A stretch of 64,000 bases of DNA, taken from an uncultured bacterium. Its GTDB lineage: Bacteria > Acidobacteriota > Thermoanaerobaculia > Multivoradales > JAHZIX01. The notes under the pieces were generated by a model. It searched no databases. It was not told where the DNA came from and was given only the letters and a program-made list of their open reading frames with translations. The stretch spans positions 61,626 through 125,625 of the forward strand of contig CBDUPA010000008.1 in assembly GCA_965368975.1 (NCBI GenBank), written 5' to 3'. The translations under genes were made by a program, and so were the position numbers. This document shows, piece by piece, positions 45,735 through 53,163 of this stretch (its first letter is position 1; each line of letters starts with the position of its first letter).

Positions 45735-46576
45735 TGGCTCGCGAGATCCATCCCTCTGCCGTGGTCGATGCCAGCGCCGAGTTGGCGGACGGGGTGCGTG
45801 TCGGGCCGAATGCGGTGATCGGTGCCAAGGTGGTGATCGGTGAAGGCACCGAGATCGGTGCCGGTGCCCAGGTCTACGGGCCGACCGTGCTGGGACGCGA
45901 GAACCACGTCTTTCCGATGGCCGCCATCGGCTTCGAACCACAGGATTTGAAGTTCGCCGGTGAAGAAACGCGCCTGGAGGTGGGCGACCGCAACCAGTTT
46001 CGCGAGTTCTGCACGATCCACCGGGGTACCGGCAAGGGCGGTGGCGTCACCACCATCGGTGACGACAACCTCTTCATGGTCTACAGCCACGTGGCGCACG
46101 ACTGCCATGTCGGTAGTCGTACCGTGTTCGCCAACTGCGCCACGCTGGCCGGTCACGTGAATATCGAAGACGACGTCTCGATCAGCGCCTTTTCCGCGGT
46201 GCACCAGTTCTGCCGCGTCGGCCGACACGCTTATATTGGCGGCTATACCGTGCTGACCATGGATGCCTTGCCGTACGTCAAGACCGTGGGCGGCAAGCCA
46301 CTGTACTACGGACTCAACAGCATTGGACTGCGACGCAAGGGCGTAGCGAACGAGAGCATTCGCGCCCTCAAGGCGGCGCTCAAGCTGTTCACCGGCAGCG
46401 GGCTGAACACCACGCAGGCACTCGAACGTATGCGCGCCGAACACGGCGACGACGAGCACGTTGCGCACCTGATCGCCTTTGTCGAAGCCGCCGAGCGCGG
46501 TGTCGTCAAGGCACTGCCCGGTCAGCGCACGACAGCACGCGGCGGTGAGGCTCGCGGTGGAGAGGACGCTGGCTGA
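45734..46576 (+). CDS. lpxA: acyl-ACP--UDP-GlcNAc O-acyltransferase
   Basis: MAREIHPSAVVD..., hexapeptide repeats, C-terminal helical domain. Carries a ~15-aa Gly/Arg-rich C-terminal tail beyond the usual LpxA end. Confidence 0.85.
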   Translation: MAREIHPSAVVDASAELADGVRVGPNAVIGAKVVIGEGTEIGAGAQVYGPTVLGRENHVFPMAAIGFEPQDLKFAGEETRLEVGDRNQFREFCTIHRGTGKGGGVTTIGDDNLFMVYSHVAHDCHVGSRTVFANCATLAGHVNIEDDVSISAFSAVHQFCRVGRHAYIGGYTVLTMDALPYVKTVGGKPLYYGLNSIGLRRKGVANESIRALKAALKLFTGSGLNTTQALERMRAEHGDDEHVAHLIAFVEAAERGVVKALPGQRTTARGGEARGGEDAG

Positions 46577-47549
46577 TTCGGGCTCCGCGGGAGCCACACC
46601 CGTCCGCATCGGCGTCCTGGGCACGGGCGCTCTGGGGCAGCACCATGTGCGGAACCTGGCGGATCTCTCGGCGGCACCTCTGTCCGGTGAGACGATGCCT
46701 GCGGCTTGCCTGGTCGGCCACCACGACCCACACGCCGAGACGGCTGAGCGCGTCGCCGCCGAACACGGCAGCCGGGCTTTCGCTCGCGTCGAGGAACTGA
46801 CCGAGCAAGTCGATGCGGTGGTGGTTGCGGCGCCGACCATCGAACACGCGGCGCTGGCGATTCCGCTGCTGCGCCGTGGCGTCCACGTGCTGGTCGAGAA
46901 GCCGATGGCCGCCACCCTGGACGAAGCCGACCGTATGCTCGACGCCGCCGCTGCCGGCGGTGCACAGTTGGGGGTCGGTCACATTGAGTTCTACAACCCA
47001 GCGGTGCAAGCAGTGCTCGACCGCGGCGCCCGTCCGGGCTACGTCGAGGTACAACGTTTGGGCACCTTCACCCGCCGCAGTCTCGATGTCGACGTCGTTC
47101 TCGACCTGATGATCCACGATCTGCAGATCCTGCACGCTCTCGATGCCGCGCCCGTCGCCGAGGTGCGCGCCACCGGCATCGAGGTGCTGTCGCAGCGCAT
47201 CGATATCGCCAACGTGCGCATCGAGCTCGAGTCCGGCTGCGTCGCCAACCTGACCGCCTCGCGCGTGTCCTCCGAGAAAGTCCGCCGACTGCGTCTGTTC
47301 GGCCAGCAGAGCTACTTCTCGGTCGACTACCAGAGTCAGGAAGTCAAGAGCTACCGGCTGGACGCTTCCGGTGGCGAGCCCCGGATCGTCGACGATAGTC
47401 CGCAGGTCGAGCGCTGCGAACCCTTGCGCGCTGAACTGACGGCTTTCTTGCGGGTCTGCCGTGGCCAGCCGACGCGCTGGGTCGATGGACCGGTCGGGCG
47501 CCAGGCGCTGGCTACCGCCTTGGACGTCGTGACCGCGATCAAGAGCTGA
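46557..47549 (+). CDS. Gfo/Idh/MocA-family NAD(P)-dependent oxidoreductase (possibly UDP-GlcNAc 3-dehydrogenase GnnA-like)
   Basis: Rossmann start VRIGVLGTGALGQHHVRNLA, EKP motif (VLVEKPMAATLDEAD), MocA-type C-terminal domain. The start is uncertain (GTG 46557 with a GGTGAGG RBS, or ATG 46479 overlapping lpxA). Confidence 0.6.
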   Translation: MERTLADSGSAGATPVRIGVLGTGALGQHHVRNLADLSAAPLSGETMPAACLVGHHDPHAETAERVAAEHGSRAFARVEELTEQVDAVVVAAPTIEHAALAIPLLRRGVHVLVEKPMAATLDEADRMLDAAAAGGAQLGVGHIEFYNPAVQAVLDRGARPGYVEVQRLGTFTRRSLDVDVVLDLMIHDLQILHALDAAPVAEVRATGIEVLSQRIDIANVRIELESGCVANLTASRVSSEKVRRLRLFGQQSYFSVDYQSQEVKSYRLDASGGEPRIVDDSPQVERCEPLRAELTAFLRVCRGQPTRWVDGPVGRQALATALDVVTAIKS

Positions 47550-47696
47550 CAAGTACGGGCCCAGGCTCGAGTCCGAGTCGGTCCCGCCGCGTCTTCGGAT
47601 CCGGGCCACGCGCTCGGGCGGGTGCCGCGGGTCCGCAATTCCAACGAATATCCCTACCGAAACGCGACAGTCGCGTAGAGACTTGCCGCGAGGAGA

Positions 47697-48575
47697 ATGA
47701 CGATGAGCGATATCAAGATCGGTGTGATCGGAGGCAGCGGCCTCTACGAGATGGACGGCATGAAGGTGCTCGAAGAGCGGCGCATCGAGACGCCCTTCGG
47801 TGAGCCGTCGGATGCCTACATCATCGGTGAGCTGGACGGCACCAAGGTCGCCTTCCTGCCGCGCCACGGTCGTGGCCACAGGCTCTTGCCGTCGGAGCTG
47901 AACTTCCGCGCCAACATCTACGGCATGAAGGTGCTGGGTGTCGAGTGGATCATCTCGGTGTCCGCCGTCGGTTCGCTGCAGCTGCAGTATGAGCCGCTGC
48001 ACATCGTGGTGCCCGACCAGTTCTACGACCGCACCCGCCACCGCGCCGACACCTTCTTCGGCAAGGGCCTGGTCGCCCATGTGTCGTTGGCCAACCCGGT
48101 GTGCGAGAAGCTGGCTGGCTGGGTGGCCGAGGGGGCCCGCAAGGCCGGCGCCACCGTGCACGAAGGCGGCACCTACCTGAACATGGAAGGCCCGCTGTTC
48201 TCGACTCGCGCCGAGTCCGAGGTCTACCGCGGCTGGGGCTTCGACATCATCGGCATGACCAACCTGCAGGAAGCCAAGTTGGCCCGTGAAGCCGAGATGA
48301 GCTACGCTACGATGGCCATGGTCACAGACTATGACTGCTGGCACGAGGACGAAGCGGACGTCAGCGGTATCTCGGTCATGCAGGTTGTGCAGCAGAACGC
48401 GCGCACCGCGCAGGAAGCCGTGCGCAACGTCATCGGCCAGATTCCCGCCGGCGAGCGGAGCCCCTATGTGGGCATCCTCGCGCAGTCCCTGATCACCGAC
48501 GCGTCGGTGGTGCCGAACGAGACGCTCAAGAACCTCGAGCCGATCATCGGTCCCTACATGCCGCCGCGCGATTGA
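47697..48575 (+). CDS. mtnP: S-methyl-5'-thioadenosine phosphorylase
   Basis: IGVIGGSGLYEM..., FLPRHGRGHRLLPSELNFRANI, MTAP-type PNP fold sequence. 292 aa. Confidence 0.8.
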   Translation: MTMSDIKIGVIGGSGLYEMDGMKVLEERRIETPFGEPSDAYIIGELDGTKVAFLPRHGRGHRLLPSELNFRANIYGMKVLGVEWIISVSAVGSLQLQYEPLHIVVPDQFYDRTRHRADTFFGKGLVAHVSLANPVCEKLAGWVAEGARKAGATVHEGGTYLNMEGPLFSTRAESEVYRGWGFDIIGMTNLQEAKLAREAEMSYATMAMVTDYDCWHEDEADVSGISVMQVVQQNARTAQEAVRNVIGQIPAGERSPYVGILAQSLITDASVVPNETLKNLEPIIGPYMPPRD

Positions 48576-48608
48576 GCCCGTAAAAGGCAACTCAGAGGGG
48601 GGGAAAGT

Positions 48609-49406
48609 GTGACCCACATTCTGGTCACCAATGACGACGGTGTCTTCTCCGAAGGCATCCGGTTGCTGGCACAGGAGCTGCGCAAGATCGACGGCGTCCG
48701 CGCTACCGTAGTGGCGCCCGACCGCGAACAGAGCGCCTCTGGCCACAGCCTGACGTTGCACCGGCCGCTGCGCATCCGCCAGCTGGACGAGGGCGAGTAC
48801 ACCGTCGACGGCACCCCCACTGACTGCGTCCACCTGGGGGTCCTCAGCCTGCTGGCCGAGGACCCACCGGACCTGGTTGCCTCGGGCATCAATTTCGGCA
48901 CCAACCTGGGGGACGATGTCACCTACTCGGGTACTGTTAGTGCCACTTTCGAAGGTACGCTGCTCGGCATCCCCTCCGTCGCCTTCAGCCAGGAAGTCAG
49001 CGACCACTTTACCTTCGCCCCGGGCGCCCGGTTTGCCCGCAGCTTCATCGAGACCTTGCTGCGCCGTGACCTGGCCCCCGACTTGCTGCTCAACGTCAAT
49101 ATCCCTGCCGGCGCCATCGGTGGAGTCCGTTTCACTCGTCTCGGAAAGCGGCGCTACAACCAGAGCGTCGTTGAGAAGATCGATCCGCGTGGCCGCAAGT
49201 ACTACTGGGTCGCGGGTTCGCCGCAGTGGGACCAGGAAGACGGCACCGATCAGCAAGCCTTGAGTCAAGGCCTCGTGAGTGTCACACCGCTGCACCTCGA
49301 TCTCACCGACTACCGCGGTCTACAAGCCTACGAAGGCCTCCAGGGAGCTCTGGAGGCCTTGGGCCCGGCGCGAGATTCTTCGGAAGAGAAGGGCCATGGC
49401 GGCTGA
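48609..49406 (+). CDS. surE: 5'/3'-nucleotidase SurE
   Basis: ILVTNDDGVFSEGIRLLA...ATVVAPDREQSASGHSLTLHRPLR...GTPTDCVHLGV. GTG start at 48609. Confidence 0.85.
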   Translation: MTHILVTNDDGVFSEGIRLLAQELRKIDGVRATVVAPDREQSASGHSLTLHRPLRIRQLDEGEYTVDGTPTDCVHLGVLSLLAEDPPDLVASGINFGTNLGDDVTYSGTVSATFEGTLLGIPSVAFSQEVSDHFTFAPGARFARSFIETLLRRDLAPDLLLNVNIPAGAIGGVRFTRLGKRRYNQSVVEKIDPRGRKYYWVAGSPQWDQEDGTDQQALSQGLVSVTPLHLDLTDYRGLQAYEGLQGALEALGPARDSSEEKGHGG

Positions 49407-50133
49407 TCCACGTCCGCGCACCGAGAGTTCTGGCAGCTATCGCTACGGTAGCAACATGCTGCTGGGTCTCAAGCGCAAGGGGATCCGCGATGAGCGCGTT
49501 CTCGAAGCCATGGGCTCCGTTCCGCGGCACCTCTTCGTGCGCGGCTTGCTGACGAAGCAGGCCTACACTGGACATGCTCTGCCCACCGAGGCCGAGCAGA
49601 CGATTTCTCAGCCCTACATCGTCGCTCGTACGTGCGAGCTGTTGGAACTCGAACCAGACCACACCGTGCTGGAGGTCGGCACTGGCACCGGCTACCACAC
49701 CAGTGTCTTGGCCCGCCTCGTTGGTCGCGTCTACAGCCTCGAGCGCGTCCACAGCCTGGCGCGTGACGCCATCCAACGCGTGCGAGAGCTGGGCATCGAC
49801 AACGTCAAGATCCAGACCTTCGACGGCACTGTCGGCTGGAGTGAAGCCGGCCCCTTCGACCGTATCCTGGTCACCGCCTGTGCGCCCAAGGCCCCGCCCC
49901 CGCTGATCGAGCAGCTCAAGGTCGGAGGGCGCCTGCTGATTCCCGAGTTCACTGGCCAGAAGCAGCACCTGGTGCTCTACCAGCACGAAGGAGATCGAGT
50001 CGTTCGTCGCGTCGGCGAGGAAGTCGCTTTCGTTCCGCTGGTCGGCCGTCATGGTTGGGCCAGCGCCGACGAAGCCGCCGATCAGGCCGCCGCGGCTCGG
50101 CAAGTTGACGGCCGGCCTGGAGGCACCCGATGA
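49396..50133 (+). CDS. pcm: protein-L-isoaspartate O-methyltransferase
   Basis: VPRHLFV...TISQPYIVARTCELLELEPDHTVLEVGTGTGYHTSVLARL...FDRILVTACAPKAPPPLIEQLKVGGRLLIP. Classic surE-pcm adjacency with an overlapping start. Confidence 0.8.
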   Translation: MAADPRPRTESSGSYRYGSNMLLGLKRKGIRDERVLEAMGSVPRHLFVRGLLTKQAYTGHALPTEAEQTISQPYIVARTCELLELEPDHTVLEVGTGTGYHTSVLARLVGRVYSLERVHSLARDAIQRVRELGIDNVKIQTFDGTVGWSEAGPFDRILVTACAPKAPPPLIEQLKVGGRLLIPEFTGQKQHLVLYQHEGDRVVRRVGEEVAFVPLVGRHGWASADEAADQAAAARQVDGRPGGTR

Positions 50134-50417
50134 GCGGTCGCATCCAGGCGATTCGCGCCGTCGTCACCGGCCGCGTCCAAGGCGTCGGTTTCCGCGCCTT
50201 CACGCGTCGCGCCGCGCTCGACCTGGATCTCGTCGGCTGGGTGCGCAACGCCGCGGACGGTACCGTCGAACTCGCGGCCGCCGGTCCCGTACAAGCCCTC
50301 GAGGCCTTCCGACGAGCTCTAGAGCAAGGTCCGCCGTTCTCGCGCGTCGATGCCGTCGACGAGACGACGATCGAGCCCGCTACCGTCGACTGCACAACTT
50401 TCGAAGTCCGCTTCTAG
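50130..50417 (+). CDS. acyP: acylphosphatase
   Basis: VTGRVQGVGFRAFTRRAALDLDLVGWVRNAADGTVE signature. 95 aa. ATGA overlap with pcm. Confidence 0.8.
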   Translation: MSGRIQAIRAVVTGRVQGVGFRAFTRRAALDLDLVGWVRNAADGTVELAAAGPVQALEAFRRALEQGPPFSRVDAVDETTIEPATVDCTTFEVRF

Positions 50418-50480
50418 CTTGCCCTTTCAACCCTTCTGTATCCATTTGCCACGGAACACTGCCACGGAGACGATGACGCC

Positions 50481-51002
50481 ATGGACGACCTGACGAAATA
50501 CATCCGCGAGGTTCCCGACTACCCCAAGCCGGGCATCCTCTTCTACGACATCACCACCCTGCTGCAGAACCCCAAGGCGCTGCGCATGACGTGCGACCGC
50601 TTCGTCTGGCTGTTCCACGATCAGCACATCGACAAGGTCGTCGGCATGGAAAGCCGCGGCTTCATGTTCGGCCCCATCGTCGCCTACGACCTCAACGCCG
50701 GCTTTGTCCCCGTGCGCAAGCCGGGCAAGCTGCCGTACAAGACCAAGTCGGAGAGTTACGACCTGGAATACGGTAGCGACACGCTGGAGATCCACGAAGA
50801 CGCGATTCTGCCCGGTGAGAAGGTCCTCATCGTCGACGACCTGATCGCCACCGGCGGCACCGCCGCCGCGACCGCGAACCTCGTCGAGCAACTCGGTGGA
50901 GAAGTGGTCGGTCTCGGCTTCGTGGTCGAGCTGACCTTCCTCGGCGGTCGCGACAAGCTGAACGGGTACGAGGTCCAGTCGCTGGTCAAGTACGACAGCT
51001 GA
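50481..51002 (+). CDS. apt: adenine phosphoribosyltransferase
   Basis: [21 protein letters not shown]-binding [16 protein letters not shown]. 173 aa. Confidence 0.85.
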   Translation: MDDLTKYIREVPDYPKPGILFYDITTLLQNPKALRMTCDRFVWLFHDQHIDKVVGMESRGFMFGPIVAYDLNAGFVPVRKPGKLPYKTKSESYDLEYGSDTLEIHEDAILPGEKVLIVDDLIATGGTAAATANLVEQLGGEVVGLGFVVELTFLGGRDKLNGYEVQSLVKYDS

Positions 51003-51005
51003 GGC

Positions 51006-51194
51006 TCAGTCCTGGAGGTCGTACACGATTTCGATGAATGTGCGCCCTCCGCCGCTGGCGAATTCGGATTCAGCCTCGATCAAGCGCTGAACCAAGGCAC
51101 GGTCGGATAGGATGTCCAAGGTCTCGATGAGGCCGTCGACTTCGCTGTCTGTTGGCGGGGTGAGGGGCACGAGTGCGGTGGTGGCCGAGGGCAT
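51006..51194 (-). pseudogene. truncated Phd/YefM-family antitoxin-like ORF (C-terminal half only), orphan
   Basis: Residues 21-62 (DGLIETLDILSDRALVQRLIEAESEFASGGGRTFIEIV) follow the C-terminal pattern of YefM/Phd antitoxins ([26 protein letters not shown]...). The N-terminal beta-sheet dimerisation half is absent. No toxin gene adjacent. It abuts tRNA-Arg. Confidence 0.35.
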
Positions 51195-51283
51195 GCTAGC
51201 AATCTACTCGATTTAGCTGGGGCTTGCAGCTGTGTGTTTGAGCTTGGTGGTGGCAGTTTTACCGCGTATACTGTGTAGACTTT

Positions 51284-51360
51284 GCGGCTGTAGCTCAGGT
51301 GGATAGAGCAGGAGTTTCCTAAACTTCAGGTCGGGGGTTCGAGTCCCTCCAGCCGTACCA
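51284..51360 (+). tRNA. tRNA-Arg (anticodon CCT)
   Basis: Acceptor GCGGCTG/CAGCCGT (one G-U pair), D-arm TAGCTCAGGTGGATAGAGC, anticodon stem GGAGT/ACTTC with loop TTCCTAA (anticodon CCT), T-arm GGGGGTTCGAGTCCCTC, discriminator A then CCA. Confidence 0.9.
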
Positions 51361-51452
51361 GTGCCTTGGAGTTGCCTTGTGCTGATCAGTCACGGCAGGC
51401 CAGACTTTTCGGTACATAGTTCAATTTGCAACAAAGAAGGGTCGTGTGAAAG

Positions 51453-53144
51453 ATGTTTGTAATAGATTATCTGAAATTCGCAAAAGAGCACTCCATTCAA
51501 GTCCCTCCGTTCCACAGTGGACATCTGGGCTTGATGCCGCGCAGCGCAAAGCAAACCGCAGCTTTGTTGCATTCGGGGAACTATACTGATGGCTGTGAGA
51601 TCTGCGTTACTCCGTACGAGCGGCCACTAAGCAGCTTGTTTCGCTTGAAGTGTGTTCTAAAAGAACAATCGGGAGTTGTTTATCGCCTGCTGCGAGCAAT
51701 TGCTGCAATGGGACTGAACATTCTTTCCTGGGAGAGTGCGATCCTAGAATCGAAGAAAGGGCATGGAGTCTTCATGCTCTTAGACTGGGGAACTGCTAAG
51801 AAAGATTTCCGAAAGAGGATTCCGCTCCCGAAATACATTGAAAATATCTTCTTCCCGCAACTTGCCGGTATTATTCCGGCTAATGATTTACGTTATTTAT
51901 GCCTCTTGAGGCAAATTCTGGGTCAGTGTGCCGATGTTCTTCTTTGGGAAGGAGAACCCCACGAAGGGGTGGCTATCCCAAGACTACGGGTTAGTGAATT
52001 TGAGGAAGAGAGAGATATTAAGGCGTCGGGCGCTGTTGAGATGATGGCATTAGAGGGGCGAAAGGTAAGGTTGGAAGATGCTGGCATTAGATTCAATTTG
52101 AACCCAAAGGTGTACGATGCGGTGCGATTTGAGACTGGCAGAGAGGAGGAGGAGGGGCCTTTGCCTTATATACTGCTTTCCGACATCGAATCTAAAACCT
52201 TGAGGATCTTTGTTCCCAGTAGGGGAAGAGAGAAGCGTATGATTCATCTTGCTTTCTCTCATAAGAATCGGCCTGGTGCTCTTTGCGCTATCACCGAGAT
52301 CATTGCGAAGAGTAATCTGTCTATCGTCTCAGGTCTGGTTCGCAAAATGTCCGAGACCAGAAATATTCTTGAGGTGACGATTGAGCATGATTCGCGCTCG
52401 CTGAATAGACAGGAGTTGATTATCGACCCACGCATCTGGGCGCGTGAGAACCTAGCAATAGCAGATGATGAGACGGTGAGGCGCCTGCGCTACTTCGGGG
52501 TTTGTATCGAATCCCCTATGTACCCTAGTGATAAGAATTTTCCGAAGACAGCTCTTTACGAGAGAGGTGGAAGAGGACCTCAGGCGCTGGAGATCATGAG
52601 TTCTTGGGCGGCAGAGGTCGATGTCGAGACGATGCAAGAGAAAATTGACGAGAGCCCGGAGTATAAGTCCCGGACTTGGCTAACTAATTTGGTTCTGGCT
52701 CCGGAATGGGGCCCAGAAGGAAAGCCGTCGATCTTTTTATCCTATCCGAAAGCTGCTTCAGCGCAAGCGGAAGTAGTTAAGAGCTTGCTCTGGGAGCGTT
52801 TTGAGATCCTAGTCCTGCAGGATGGAGATACGGAGACAATCACGCAGGGGGCGATCGATCGTATATGTGGGGCCCATTTCTTTATTGGCCTCTGGCATCA
52901 TGAGGGAGATGGGAAACGTGAGTTGTCACCTTGGATGCCCTTCGAATATGGCGTGGCCCGTAGTCACTCCAAACCCGCGATTCTTCTTTGTCATGAGAGT
53001 TTGCCTGAAAGGCTCGTCGATAGAATCGATCGAGATGTCTCCAGAATAGTCTACTGTAGTCTCATTGCTGAAGAACCGAAGCGGCGAGAGTTGCTGAGGC
53101 GCTGCCAAGAGTGGTCAGCCCATCACCGAGTTCTAGCGATCTGA
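51453..53144 (+). CDS. 563-aa protein: two ACT domains plus C-terminal TIR/NDT/LOG-like flavodoxin-fold domain; encoded on a low-GC islet
   Basis: Unambiguous long ORF with an AAGAAGG RBS and markedly AT-shifted codon usage. ACT-like beta-alpha-beta-beta-alpha-beta units at ~60-115 (RLKCVLKEQSGVVYRLLRAIAAMGLNILSWESAIL...HGVFMLLDW) and ~262-315 (RMIHLAFSHKNRPGALCAITEIIAKSNLSIVSGLVRK...ILEVTIEH). The C-terminal ~120 aa match the TIR-like / nucleoside 2-deoxyribosyltransferase-like pattern (SIFLSYP...GAIDRICGAHFFIGLW...SPWMPFEYGVARSHSKPAILLCHE). The domain-level calls are motif-based and unverified. Confidence 0.55.
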   Translation: MFVIDYLKFAKEHSIQVPPFHSGHLGLMPRSAKQTAALLHSGNYTDGCEICVTPYERPLSSLFRLKCVLKEQSGVVYRLLRAIAAMGLNILSWESAILESKKGHGVFMLLDWGTAKKDFRKRIPLPKYIENIFFPQLAGIIPANDLRYLCLLRQILGQCADVLLWEGEPHEGVAIPRLRVSEFEEERDIKASGAVEMMALEGRKVRLEDAGIRFNLNPKVYDAVRFETGREEEEGPLPYILLSDIESKTLRIFVPSRGREKRMIHLAFSHKNRPGALCAITEIIAKSNLSIVSGLVRKMSETRNILEVTIEHDSRSLNRQELIIDPRIWARENLAIADDETVRRLRYFGVCIESPMYPSDKNFPKTALYERGGRGPQALEIMSSWAAEVDVETMQEKIDESPEYKSRTWLTNLVLAPEWGPEGKPSIFLSYPKAASAQAEVVKSLLWERFEILVLQDGDTETITQGAIDRICGAHFFIGLWHHEGDGKRELSPWMPFEYGVARSHSKPAILLCHESLPERLVDRIDRDVSRIVYCSLIAEEPKRRELLRRCQEWSAHHRVLAI

Positions 53145-53163
53145 TGTGGAGACGCGTGGATTG

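Noticed and set aside
46479-46556. ATG 46479 as the start of the MocA-family gene
   Set aside because: It would overlap lpxA by ~100 nt in another frame. The Rossmann beta1 begins at VRIGVLG, and a GTG with a GGTGAGG RBS lies just upstream. Left as an alternative in the feature note.
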